A stretch of 64,000 nucleotides of DNA from Botryllus schlosseri (Eukaryota). A model generated the notes under the pieces. The model was not told where the DNA came from, did not search any database, and saw nothing but the letters and a program-made list of their open reading frames with translations. The stretch is from assembly GCA_051294905.1 (NCBI GenBank), contig CM119371.1, positions 15,750,001 through 15,814,000 on the forward strand, given 5' to 3'. A program made the position numbers and the translations under genes. Shown in pieces: positions 23,101 through 36,185 of this stretch (within the stretch, counting starts at the first letter, position 1; every line of letters starts with the position of its first letter).

Positions 23101-23904
23101 GACAACAAACCAACCAAGGCTTCAGGATATGTCCATGTCATAGCAATACATCAGCTACTCCAACAACAGAGTACATATGTTTTCTAGTTACGGTGCTTAC
23201 ATCTTACACACAAATCAATCTACTTTGCTAACAAAAAGTGCTGAGTCATCAAGTGATTGCCCTAGCAACAAAACAGCTAAACGTACTATCATACAAAATG
23301 GCCGTTATAGTCACCAACGGTACATGGTACAAGTAACAAGTCTCGAGAATCCAGTTATTGAAAAAACGTGAAAGTGTTTCTCCTGCGCCAAGTCGTTATG
23401 TTGACGAAAGCGTATATTGTAATATCATGATCGATTTGCATTCGTTGGTCACAAAATGTCACTACTCTAAATAATTATTTTTTACTCAAACACAAACGCA
23501 TACTTGTCACCATTCGTTTTCATCAAGCACGAGTTCAAGAAACTTACTTACTACGACATGAATTGATATTTTTATGATGTGTAAATACGTAATAATTAAT
23601 TTTAGTAACACTATCAACATCATCGAGTTGTGCGAATAGATTTTCATGTGGTCTTGCGGTTTTAATCGAAGCACACATCATGGTCTAATGTAGAGTCGTC
23701 TCTATTGTACAACAACTCGGTAATCGAAATGCATGCATTAACATTTGAACAACGATCTTGTTTCGTCGCACCAAAAACATGTTCACTGTCACAATACTCT
23801 GCACAAGACGTGGAAATCCTTTTCACCCTCATAATAGTATACCAACGACCACCGACGACAACGTTTAACAATACCAACGACACTGGAAACACTGAACCCA
23901 CGAC

Positions 23905-24695
23905 ACTTACCCGAGTAAAAACACATTTTCCTTTGGCTACATGGCGCTTACCAGAGTAAAAAATATCATTATCACCTGGAGATCCACCGTTACCCGAGCA
24001 ACAAAACCATTTTCTTTTGGAGATCTATCGTTTACCCAGTGTAACAATACATTTTCACATGGCGGTCCATCGTTTACCCAGAGTAACAAAACCATTTTCA
24101 CTTGCAAATATATTTTTCCCTGGGTTACAAACCATTTTCACTTGCAAATATATTTTTTCCCTGGGTAACAAACCATTTTCACTTGCAAATATATTTTTTC
24201 CCTGGGTAACAAACCTTTTTCTCTTGGTAACAAACCTTTTTCACTTGGAAATATATTTTTTCTCTTGGTAACAAACCTTTTTCACTTGGAAATCTATTTT
24301 TCCCAGGGTAACAAACCTTTTTCACTTGCAAATATATTTTTCCCCCTGGGTAACAAACCTTTTTCGCTTGGAAATATATTTTTTCCTTGAGCAACAGACC
24401 ATTTTTACTTGGAAATATATTTTTTCCTTGAGCAACAGACCATTTTTACTTGGAAATATATTTTTTCCCTGAGCAACAAACCATTTTTACTTGGAAATAT
24501 ATTTTTTCCCTGAGCAACAAACCATTTCACTCGGCGGGTCGTCGTTTACCTGAGTAAAAATATCATTTTCCTTTGGAGATCTGGCGTTTACCCATTGTAA
24601 CAATACATTTTCACTTGGAAATCTGTCGTTTACCCGAGTACCAATACCGTTTCACTTGGAAATCTATCTTTTCCCTGGGTAACAATACCATTTTC
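23905..24695. repeat. Tandem array of ~40-41-bp units (roughly 19 copies); mirrored at 27142-27932
   Basis: Unit approx. CCCTGGGTAACAAACCATTTTCACTTGCAAATATATTTTTT, with more diverged units at both array edges. Confidence 0.92.
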
Positions 24696-26083
24696 GTTTT
24701 GAAAACTGACAACCACACCGGTCAATTTGATATTTTTTGTATATTGTTACAACAGACAGCGACAAAATATACACCAACAACGACTCCGATACATTTGTCT
24801 AATCAAATATTCACTTGCTCTGATGCATCCCATCAAAATCATTGGTTACTCACATACAATAACAATGTGCTGTTGTACATCGACATGTATGTTTTCGGAA
24901 TTGGTGAATAAAGGGGTTTCCGATATGTCAGTGATGTCCGGGTTCGTGCTTTGGATTTTCCAGAGTCAAAATGTCTGAATAAAACACCTCCTCGACTTTG
25001 GTAACTGGTTGATACACGGATAATGGTGTTCGGAAAACGGATGAATTTATGTTCCCCATCGCGCTGACAACATCGGGTTACTTGTGAGTTTCCCCGGGTC
25101 TGTTTACTATATTGTGTCTTTACTGGTCAATACATGTCGCTCCAGTCAGCTGAAACCGGATCACCAATATGAGAAAGTGTGGGGGCCGGATCCGGATATT
25201 CACTCATGACCCAACGACCGATATTCAAGTAAACATGTTACAGACCGTGTTTTGTCTCCATGAAAAATACCTATGCATACACCATCACATACAAGTAACG
25301 TCACGATTGTTCACAAGTATTCGCGTAAACGAGGTATACATACAATGTGTCGGTGTACAAACATCATGGAAAACAAATTCATGTTCTCAAGTCTCATCAT
25401 GCGACGACTCTGTGGGTATAGATGACTTGGAGACAGGCAAGCAGCCATATTTGGACGTAACATGGTCTTAGTTTGAACCGACTTCCACCCAACTTGTGAA
25501 AAATCAATCTCACACGAGTACAGCCCTTTCACGGATTCACACCTTGATTTTGTAAGATTGTTCGGATTCTCAGGTAGACTTGTATCGTGATCCAGACTTC
25601 GACATAATCGGATTGCGTAACTCGCTCAATCCCTCCGCGTATTGTTCGTCCTAACCTGCGAACTTTTTTGCTGAGGCCGCAGTGTTTCACATGGTATAAT
25701 GTATTTGGCGATCACCATCGTTATCAATCTTTCACGTGATGAATATGTCAGATGTCGCTACTCCCACATAACGACTACAGATAAACATCGTGAGCAGTGA
25801 CTCCGGATTGGAATCGTAAACAGAGACTCTCTGTGTGTGTGTGTGTGTGAATCTCGAGTTCGATTACGATTAGATAATGTAATCCAAGGTGTGTCTCTGT
25901 GAGTTGAAGGCTTATTTCGTGTTAATCACATCGCAAGAGGGAGCTATCTCGTAATTCTATAGGTCGTTATAAAACGCGGTTGGAAACTTTCGGTCTAGTT
26001 GATCCAGCTACGTATTGAAACGGTTCACCCACGCAGACCACTGAGAAAGCGTTGTCGTTACCTGAGTATATCCACGAGTAAAT

Positions 26084-26359
26084 ATGGGACTACGCGTAAC
26101 TGTCCATAGATTCCTCTGGCCCCACACCGTTGTTTTACGACACAGACAAGATGCAGCGGTGGAAATATTGAAAATGAAAAACGATACCTTGGTGACATTC
26201 GATTTGGATTTTACACCTGATGAACCATACACTCGATTGGTACATTGGGATGACAACTCTATCGTCGAGGTCGAGGGAAAAGAAATGTACAGATTTGTTG
26301 GTGTTGTGGATATTCAGCGAAAATCAGGGTATATGGTTGTATATGGTTCGCATATTTGA
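26084..26359 (+). CDS. Hypothetical 91-aa protein in the unique spacer
   Basis: ATG-initiated ORF with globular-looking composition. TATAAAA at 25968-25974 lies upstream. No family recognised. Confidence 0.4.
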   Translation: MGLRVTVHRFLWPHTVVLRHRQDAAVEILKMKNDTLVTFDLDFTPDEPYTRLVHWDDNSIVEVEGKEMYRFVGVVDIQRKSGYMVVYGSHI

Positions 26360-26410
26360 CTGAGAATATATCGGTATGCATAATGCACTATCCGTTGTAT
26401 CATGTCGTGT

Positions 26411-29400
26411 GTCATCTATACCCACAGAGTCGTCGCATGATGAGACTTGAGAACATGAATTTGTTTTCCATGATGTTTGTACACCGACACATTGTATGTA
26501 TACCTCGTTTACGCGAATACTTGTGAACAATCGTGACGTTACTTGTATGTGATGGTGTATGCATAGGTATTTTTCATGGAGACAAAACACGGTCTGTAAC
26601 ATGTTTACTTGAATATCGGTCGTTGGGTCATGAGTGAATATCCGGATCCGGCCCCCACACTTTCTCATATTGGTGATCCGGTTTCAGCTGACTGGAGCGA
26701 CATGTATTGACCAGTAAAGACACAATATAGTAAACAGACCCGGGGAAACTCACAAGTAACCCGATGTTGTCAGCGCGATGGGGAACATAAATTCATCCGT
26801 TTTCCGAACACCATTATCCGTGTATCAACCAGTTACCAAAGTCGAGGAGGTGTTTTATTCAGACATTTTGACTCTGGAAAATCCAAAGCACGAACCCGGA
26901 CATCACTGACATATCGGAAACCCCTTTATTCACCAATTCCGAAAACATACATGTCGATGTACAACAGCACATTGTTATTGTATGTGAGTAACCAATGATT
27001 TTGATGGGATGCATCAGAGCAAGTGAATATTTGATTAGACAAATGTATCGGAGTCGTTGTTGGTGTATATTTTGTCGCTGTCTGTTGTAACAATATACAA
27101 AAAATATCAAATTGACCGGTGTGGTTGTCAGTTTTCAAAACGAAAATGGTATTGTTACCCAGGGAAAAGATAGATTTCCAAGTGAAACGGTATTGGTACT
27201 CGGGTAAACGACAGATTTCCAAGTGAAAATGTATTGTTACAATGGGTAAACGCCAGATCTCCAAAGGAAAATGATATTTTTACTCAGGTAAACGACGACC
27301 CGCCGAGTGAAATGGTTTGTTGCTCAGGGAAAAAATATATTTCCAAGTAAAAATGGTTTGTTGCTCAGGGAAAAAATATATTTCCAAGTAAAAATGGTCT
27401 GTTGCTCAAGGAAAAAATATATTTCCAAGTAAAAATGGTCTGTTGCTCAAGGAAAAAATATATTTCCAAGCGAAAAAGGTTTGTTACCCAGGGGGAAAAA
27501 TATATTTGCAAGTGAAAAAGGTTTGTTACCCTGGGAAAAATAGATTTCCAAGTGAAAAAGGTTTGTTACCAAGAGAAAAAATATATTTCCAAGTGAAAAA
27601 GGTTTGTTACCAAGAGAAAAAGGTTTGTTACCCAGGGAAAAAATATATTTGCAAGTGAAAATGGTTTGTTACCCAGGGAAAAAATATATTTGCAAGTGAA
27701 AATGGTTTGTAACCCAGGGAAAAATATATTTGCAAGTGAAAATGGTTTTGTTACTCTGGGTAAACGATGGACCGCCATGTGAAAATGTATTGTTACACTG
27801 GGTAAACGATAGATCTCCAAAAGAAAATGGTTTTGTTGCTCGGGTAACGGTGGATCTCCAGGTGATAATGATATTTTTTACTCTGGTAAGCGCCATGTAG
27901 CCAAAGGAAAATGTGTTTTTACTCGGGTAAGTGTCGTGGGTTCAGTGTTTCCAGTGTCGTTGGTATTGTTAAACGTTGTCGTCGGTGGTCGTTGGTATAC
28001 TATTATGAGGGTGAAAAGGATTTCCACGTCTTGTGCAGAGTATTGTGACAGTGAACATGTTTTTGGTGCGACGAAACAAGATCGTTGTTCAAATGTTAAT
28101 GCATGCATTTCGATTACCGAGTTGTTGTACAATAGAGACGACTCTACATTAGACCATGATGTGTGCTTCGATTAAAACCGCAAGACCACATGAAAATCTA
28201 TTCGCACAACTCGATGATGTTGATAGTGTTACTAAAATTAATTATTACGTATTTACACATCATAAAAATATCAATTCATGTCGTAGTAAGTAAGTTTCTT
28301 GAACTCGTGCTTGATGAAAACGAATGGTGACAAGTATGCGTTTGTGTTTGAGTAAAAAATAATTATTTAGAGTAGTGACATTTTGTGACCAACGAATGCA
28401 AATCGATCATGATATTACAATATACGCTTTCGTCAACATAACGACTTGGCGCAGGAGAAACACTTTCACGTTTTTTCAATAACTGGATTCTCGAGACTTG
28501 TTACTTGTACCATGTACCGTTGGTGACTATAACGGCCATTTTGTATGATAGTACGTTTAGCTGTTTTGTTGCTAGGGCAATCACTTGATGACTCAGCACT
28601 TTTTGTTAGCAAAGTAGATTGATTTGTGTGTAAGATGTAAGCACCGTAACTAGAAAACATATGTACTCTGTTGTTGGAGTAGCTGATGTATTGCTATGAC
28701 ATGGACATATCCTGAAGCCTTGGTTGGTTTGTTGTCTTACGAAAGATGAGGCGACCTCGGTGTCGTAAATTGTGTTAACTAAACCCGGATGGATACCACA
28801 ATTGTGCTGGACTTACACATGGTATTCACATACTGTACACATACAAACTTTTGTGTAAACAACTCTGATGTTTCTGTTGGTACTAGTGCTGTGTTGAACT
28901 ATTTGGTTCTTAAGACACATGAACAACCATTCAGACAATAAAGTTCTTGAGGTGACGAAACAGTTTGTAGAGTCAAACCAACCATTCTTTAGTTTCGTAA
29001 TGTGAGAACATCGAGTAAAGTTGATTACTTTGTGTGATGTAAATATCTTTCGTACGTCTGTAAGAGTTGTGGGGGTCTCATGAAAAAGTAACTAGTTGAC
29101 AAAAACAAAATATTGAATGAAGGTTCGTCTGTTGTTTTCATAAGTCAAGACAGTGAAAATTGTTGTTGTTGTTTTTGTTACACTAAATCGAAATAGTGTG
29201 AAAGCGTCACCAATCATTGCGTATGTTCGTAGCATGGAATATCGAATATTTTCGTGTGCCATGAATATCTTTCATATACACTTAGTATGAAATGAGATGC
29301 GTGGAATAATAATTGGTGTCCAACAAAAGTAAAACTTGTTGTGTTTGCTTGTGTACTTTTTATCCATGTCTTTGTTGTTGAAAGACGGGTGAGTTTACAT

Positions 29401-32400
29401 TTAAATATAGTAAGCGGGACAACTCAAGTAATAAATTTTGCTCAGTTGAAAATCGACTCGTTTGAAAATACCGGTCAATGGAGTAACAGTATCAATATGA
29501 GTGGTATATTAGTTTTTCGCGAGATGCACCAATCTTCTAAGCATAACTTTTCAAAAATTTATCATGTCATAGAAAAGTTGGTTTTTATGAAATCGAAACA
29601 AATATACTTCGATTATCACGACAAAGGAATTGAGATCAACGCAGTATTTCGAAATGGTATGTTCTGCAATCGCTAAATATCAAACTGTGCATACAACTCG
29701 GTTAGGTAAACGACCCAGTTACAAGGCGGATGTATTCTTGATGTACAGATGGCAGTCTGATGATGTAAAGCTCAACCACTCTAGCGATTCGAAGCAATTG
29801 TACTTCGATTATTATGATGATGGAAATTACGATCAACGGAGTATTTCGAAGTGACTGTGTATCGTTCGGTATGTTCACCAATCGCTAAATGTCGGTTAAT
29901 TAAACGATACAAATGACAGCTTGATGATGGCAAAGCTCAACCACGCAAATGTGTTCATTGCAAAGTATATTTGACACAAACAAAATATCGAATGGAGACC
30001 ATCACATTGGTTTCATTTCGAGTGAGTGAAAATTGTTTTCTGTTGGCCAGGTAGGACACATTTGACAAACATCGTGCACATTGTATCTTCGTGATGGTAA
30101 CGACTTTCAGCGGCTTGGTTTCATGTCGGGAATTATGATTTGGGGGTTCAAAAACAATCAATACTACAAATGGACAACAATACAAAACACGTTTAGCAAA
30201 TAACAGTGTGGCAAGTACTTTTTCGATATTACGATTGTTGTGTACCAGACACTTCTAGTTGAATTGAATGCATCTAACAAACATATTCCAATTTACTTTT
30301 GTAATGATCAAAGTATGTGAAATGGTGCGAATGGATTAGGTATTAATCAAGCGGCGGTATGTCAATTCACCTAGTGTGATATCTTGACGCTGGATAATGT
30401 GCGAAAGTGTTTCAATTCTCACTGCCGATTACGATGATAAAGTATTGTACCGGTTATTGTTTAACAAAGGAAATTGTTGTTTCATCTTTAGTCTTGGTTA
30501 GTGGAGACAATTACATTTGTAAAATATTTTCTGATATCCGCGATACGCAGGGTGATATGTACCAAGGTGGAATAATTTTCCATTCAAGAACATTTCAGAC
30601 ACGCATAGTTTTACAACTCGATGTGTTAATAACAATGGCACTGAAAAGTTTGTTGATGTCAAAATAACCTTCAACACAACTCTGGTCTAATAATGTCATA
30701 ATTTAATAATCAAGTCATGATAGAACATTACAAAATCTCATATGTTAAATCGATGTGACAATCCTTATGTTTACATCACGATAATTTTCGATATAACACC
30801 TGCGGTCGATTGTAAGAAACTACGATGGTCATACTTTCAAATGTCGTATACTCAAATATATTATGTTAATCTCAAGTCGCCGACACCGAGAAGTAATTAC
30901 TTTTGTCTTACAAAATATACCGCATAGTAATTTCTTGGTCTTGCGGCCTAGTAACGACTTTTACAGTTGAACAAAAAAGACGAGTTGGTGGTATATGCCT
31001 AAAACCGAACTTGATGTTTGTGGGTTAGTGATTACTTGCGTAGTCTTGTCTACTTTTCGTATGGACACTTTTTGCTTTGGTTCGGTGAGTTACAAACGGA
31101 TTGACTTGACAAGGTTTTTGTATTTAACTCGTTTCTGCATGGTGAGATGTTAAAATGTTGAGTTGTCATAGTGATAGTATTTCTGAAACTCTATTTTACA
31201 AACGGAAACGGAGTCGTGAATAGAGTTGTCAGTTTCAAGGATTGTTTCAAAGTATAATCTTGAAATGTGACTTGGTGAAAGTTGGTAGTCATGTTTGTCA
31301 AACCTATTTCAATTCACGCAATGTCGAAGTCCAAATATTTCATTCTGGATTATTTGGATTTACCTTTAGTACATCCCGCGAATGGATTTAAAGTTGGCAA
31401 ATTACCAAAATGATTGAATATTATCGGGTTAGAGATAGTTGGTATTGATTCTATAAGTGTTAAAACACCGACGTGGAATGTGTGAATGATCCGATGCGGG
31501 TGAATGTTGGCGTCAGTAATATTCAGGTTACGTTCGATTCAACAGATCGCGTTAATAGGATTTGTCAAAGGATTTGAGTTGGGTCGAATCAATACATTCA
31601 AATACGATTCAACTTGATTTGTGTAGTGAGTTACACTGATGACTCCCACTTTATCAAACGATATGACATCGAACAGCGTCAACACTATGCAAGTCGGAGC
31701 AACTTCAAATTTTCACGTCGGCGTCAAATTCGTCTCATCACCCAAAAGAGGTGGCGTTAGCCAATATCTCAAAGGTATATTCATCGACGGTAATAACGAA
31801 GAGATATCTTTCACGTGTTTCAATCGTGAATTGTTCGGGAACATTGAGAAAGCATTCGCCAAACGAAAAAAACTCATGGTCAAATCCGGTTGGGTCCAAA
31901 TTGACAAGTTTACTGGAAAACCTGCTGTATTACTGGGACGGGCTTCGTCAGTAACCACGCATGGAAAATCGAGACATACGACTGAAGAATACCCATTATT
32001 GACCTGCGAATCGGTATACGGGAATAAAGATGAATACGTTTCGATCGCCGCTACTTGTGTTTCTCGAGAGGAGAAGATGGTCAATTCTGGGGCCGGAAAG
32101 GAGTTGAAATTATACAGTTTTACATTGAAGGATGATACTGGTGAGGTGGTTTTGGATCAATGGAACAAAGCCTCGCTCGTACCCGGGAAGAAATATCAAC
32201 TCACTCGTGTTAAAAACTGTGTCGGCAGCTTGAAAATCGATCCGTTAACTAGACTTGTTGAATTGAAAGAATAGTTTGCATATTTGTATACCACAATACA
32301 ATATTTCGCGTAAAATGTATGACCTATGTGATTCGCCAACTGCGTTAGTGTGGTGTTGTTCTACTGATCGAGGTGTGAAAATTGTGCTATCGCGATGAAT

Positions 32401-33165
32401 CTGTGACTATGAACAGCAGACTATTCTGTAGGCGCGAAACAGCGAATAAGCCGAAAGTATTATTCAGGTAGCAATCAATAGCGAGGAAAGAGAACACGAT
32501 CGGTCATTTGACACGACTAAACTACGACGTCATATATCATAATTTACGATCAAACTATTTCACACTGACCGGTCTAGTGTAATATTCGATAGTAGCGGCT
32601 GGACGTGAAACAATTCAGCACGCAGGTCATTCGAAATATAGGTCGCATGCTTAATCCTCACAACAAGCCACGTTTCCGTTTGTGCGGTTATTGTTGGTGA
32701 CTATTCAACACCACGCGAGAGATGGTTGAAAGTGCGTATCACGACCGCACCCATAAGAACACATGGCGAATCACCAACACAATCTATACGCGAAAGTACG
32801 GCATGCGAAAGTACGATGTGCGAGAGATGCCTACACCCGAAAGTACGATATGCCGACGCGACCATAAGAACACATAGCGAATCATCAACACAGTCTATAC
32901 GCGAAAGTACGACATGCGAAAGTACGATGTGCGAGAGATGCCTACACCCGAAAGTACGATATACCAACACGAGTTTTCAATACGAGTCACCGCCGCAGCC
33001 TATACCTGAAAGTACGACATGCGAGTGCACCCATAAGAACACATTACGATGTGCGAGCGATAGGGGGGGTCTAAAAGTACGATATGCCAACACGAGTTTT
33101 CAATACGACGTGCGAGCGGGCCCATAAGCCACAATAGCCCGTCACGAGCGATCGACTATACTACT
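26411..33165 (-). repeat. Right arm of giant inverted repeat (6,755 bp)
   Basis: Reverse complement of 18672-25426. Confidence 0.97.
31639..32274 (+). CDS. Tandem OB-fold, RPA70/SSB-like protein (211 aa), right-arm copy
   Basis: Translation identical to 19563-20198. Confidence 0.75.
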   Translation: MTPTLSNDMTSNSVNTMQVGATSNFHVGVKFVSSPKRGGVSQYLKGIFIDGNNEEISFTCFNRELFGNIEKAFAKRKKLMVKSGWVQIDKFTGKPAVLLGRASSVTTHGKSRHTTEEYPLLTCESVYGNKDEYVSIAATCVSREEKMVNSGAGKELKLYSFTLKDDTGEVVLDQWNKASLVPGKKYQLTRVKNCVGSLKIDPLTRLVELKE

Positions 33166-33278
33166 GACTTGAGCAACAAGTCGCACTTCGTCATGAAAAA
33201 CAACACGGGTGAATAACTTTGCTCTTCAAAATATTTGCGCCAATCGCGTACTGACGCGACGAGCCATATGTATAATAC

Positions 33279-33396
33279 CGTTCCGAAGTGTTCGCGAAGT
33301 ATTCGGCTTGCGTGAAGCACCAGTCACCGGAATTAGGACATGTCTTCAAGTAATTTTCAGCTTCGAAATACCTGTCGGTGTTCCAGCACTTTGCCC
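33279..33396 (-). CDS. Exon: N-terminal half of the LU domain that is completed at 17853
   Basis: Acceptor TTCCAG. AKCWNTDRYFEAENYLKTCPNSGDWCFTQAEYFANTSER. The phase-2 GT donor joins in frame to LHSRGC. Confidence 0.75.
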
Positions 33397-34836
33397 CTGG
33401 AATGGAATTGCAGGAATTACTTACTTATCCCCATCAGAATTCCTACCTAAGAGCTGGGGGTTTATCTGGGCTCCTCCTCGCCACCTCATCCGTTTAAGCG
33501 GTGTCTTATAACTGCCCAAAAGTGGGCAGTGCCACATGCCGGCAGCTACGGAATAAAAATTAAAAATATCGGCCTGGTGTAAATGACCAAATGACCATAT
33601 TAGTCGATAAAACCATGAATTACCACATATAAACTTACTTATCCGCATGCAGGTTGTCAGATCGATATCCTCCATGCACGATATGCCTCACAATTATATT
33701 TCAGCGGAATGCCACTTTTATTGAACATTGCTTAGGAAAAATGACTTAATGATTGCTATTAGGATTTGGAAAGTAGAAGGTATACCTTTGGATAGGTTTG
33801 AGTCTCTCTCAAAAGTGACATTACCACGAGAATGTCATGAAATAGCCGATATATCACGGTATCAGAATATACTTGGAAGATTCAACCTATATTTGTACTG
33901 CCGCTAATGATTTTACGTTATCCGTGCAGATGCAACCTGTAATTCCGAAAGTACCAATCTCCGATTAACAGCTAAATGTAGTATTTTACATATTATAAAT
34001 TATTATATATGCAAATCCTGGTGATTTTCAGGCCATTCATTTCTTACTCCCACTCGAAGTAATGTTGACATGTCTTGGAAATAGCTACTTCTAACGGAGT
34101 TAAAATTTTCTATTTGATTAGCATCGCTGACCATTTTAACTATCTCTGTATATAGATCAGTTGTTCTTGAGCATTAGTAACCAGCAGAACACTTACGTTA
34201 ATCTGCAAGCCTTCGCGGAACCCCACATTTCCATGAATACAAGAACCACCGCCATACACATCTTACTAGACATCTAATACATTACCCTATATAACTGGTG
34301 TACAAAATGAACTGTGCAACAACAGACTCTGTTTAAAGAACGAGACCATTAAACTATAAAACATTATAATGAATATTTATTGAAAATCAATGTGACATCT
34401 GGTGTCCCCATTCAGAAACCAGTTCACAAATGCGAGATTTCACCTTGGAAAGTATTATTGTATTGGTCGACCGAAACGTAACAGCGTAATACCAGCTGCT
34501 TAATTGGATTGCTTGTAAATATAGGGGTTAGAATTGGCATTTCAGAAGGTCGTTTCGGTTTCGAACCCTAACCTCCCGCGTACACCACTCCCACTACACA
34601 CGACGTATACCACAACAGTCAATATTATATTACTGATCGTGCCTAATTGCCTGCAACTAATGATGGCCAAGACTGTCGTATCATATATGCATCATACAAA
34701 TCATGTCTATGAGTTGAGTGTGTGACTTGACCTTCACGGAACACTAGGGATAAGAAACATTGATACTTGAATGCTTCCAAAACATCGGCACGATAACTTC
34801 ACGTGGGAAGTCTTCACCCTATCTTATTTCACAGAC

Positions 34837-34960
34837 CTGTTGTTGATGGTGTCGCAAGTGTTGAGGCCTCGACAGCCTGCGCCTCACTGAAAACTCCGCC
34901 GTGATATGATCTCACCCGGAAAAGGTACGAAGTTCCGGATTCCAGCGAACCAACCTCGAT
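34837..34960 (-). CDS. Exon: C-terminal half of a fibronectin type III domain
   Basis: IEVGSLESGTSYLFRVRSYHGGVFSEAQAVEASTL between AG and GT (phase 0 to 1). Confidence 0.82.
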
Positions 34961-35412
34961 CTGTTAAGTAGATGTGATGTATCGCTAAAGCATCGTTTCT
35001 GTCCGCTACGAATATGTGGATTTACTGGATTGGAACTAGGACTAACAGTCAGGGGTGGTCAGTATCGAAGTAGCCTAAATCCTATTTGCGATATAGGCCT
35101 ACTCAAGTATGTTATGTACAATTTCGCTACTTAGCCTACTGAAGCAGTTTCGTGTTGATTATACTGCCACTTCTAATTCAACAACAGTTTTCGCAGCAAA
35201 TTTAATTACTTTTTACATTTTATACATCATGAAATTGTCATGACATCTGGGCGATGGAGAAGGTGAATGATAGTAGCAAATATATTTTGAAATGTCCCCC
35301 TACTTGTTCAGTCCAGTCCTAGTATCGAGTTGAACAGTCGAATACAAGTAGGTCACACGCAGTAAAAGAGGACCGGAAGAATTGTATGTAAGTAGGCCTA
35401 CACCCTTTATGT

Positions 35413-35718
35413 CAGTGGTTCTCAATCTTTTTTAGACACACCCCCCTTTATGACAGTGAAAAATTTCGCGCCCCCCTTATCGTCATATCACAAAATCCAA
35501 CCGGGATGGTAGCAACCCCAACAGATTGTTTGATGGTTCGGAGGGTTATGATGTTGATGAGAGAATTAAAAACTATGAAATTAGGTCTATATATAGAGAA
35601 ACAGCGCGAATTGGAGGTAAATCGCGCAGAACATTTTTTCAGTTGACCGCTTCTTCGCGCCCACTTCAGATGCTTTCACGCCTCCTAAGGGGGGCGCCCC
35701 CCATGTTGAGAACCACTG
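35413..35718. mobile_element. hAT-type MITE
   Basis: TIR CAGTGGTTCTCAA; 8-bp TSD CTTTATGT. Confidence 0.9.
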
Positions 35719-36015
35719 CTTTATGTGATTACAACAGAAAGTCGCTGTTACAGCCATTCGTAAACAATTTAATTAAAATGGCTCAGGTATAGTCTTACTC
35801 AAGGTGGGATATAAGCGTCTGTACGGCAAAAAATCCTAGGCGGAAGGGTCATAACTTCGGCATTGGAAAATGCCCACTCCAACTACTCGATTATAATCGT
35901 TGCGGTCAATACTCCATTCTTGAAACCGTTACAAAGTTCCATCAAGTCTTTAGTGATTGGCTTTCTCGCAACTGTGTATAGTGGCAAATCCACATTATAG
36001 GCTATGCCTACTCAC

Positions 36016-36185
36016 CGCGTTCGTGAATACTGCAACTGTTGTATGGTCTTGACCTGCAGTTGTTCCGCCAAGCAATTTTGCATATTCAACGTCATAACGA
36101 TAATCTCCAATGCAGTCGGGATCCCACGGCAGTTCAACCGACGAATCAGTCACGTAACTCTCCAAGTTTGTTGGTATCTTCGGTA
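36016..36185 (-). CDS. Exon: N-terminal half of the FN3 domain
   Basis: PKIPTNLESYVTDSSVELPWDP...YRYDVEY...FTNA, then GTGAGT (phase 0), in frame with the exon at 34960. Confidence 0.8.

Larger units (their letters stand above)
18672..25426 (+). repeat. Left arm of giant inverted repeat (6,755 bp)
   Basis: Reverse complement of 26411-33165. The only difference I noticed is 3 nt at 18706-18708. Confidence 0.97.
18672..33165. mobile_element. Palindromic non-autonomous Polinton/Maverick-like element (14,494 bp)
   Basis: 6-bp TSD GACTTG at 18666-18671 and 33166-33171. Termini AGTAGTATAG...CTATACTACT. Inverted arms 18672-25426 and 26411-33165. Mirror ORF pairs translate identically and their coordinates sum to 51837. 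Confidence 0.88.

Noticed and set aside
23905..24695. CRISPR-like array, and the F/K-rich ORFs over it
   Set aside because: The units are contiguous tandem repeats without unique spacers, there are no cas genes, and the context is eukaryotic. The ORFs are repeat translations.
18672..33165. Assembly or foldback-read artefact as the explanation of the palindrome
   Set aside because: It has distinct unique flanks, an exact 6-bp TSD, transposon-like termini, a terminal 3-nt asymmetry, and host exons that join in frame across it. Read-level confirmation is still needed.
33425..33545. Apparent AG/GT-bounded exon upstream of the LU exon
   Set aside because: It would leave a 28-bp intron, lacks the LU cysteines, and belongs to the SINE-like repeat also seen near 39085-39245.
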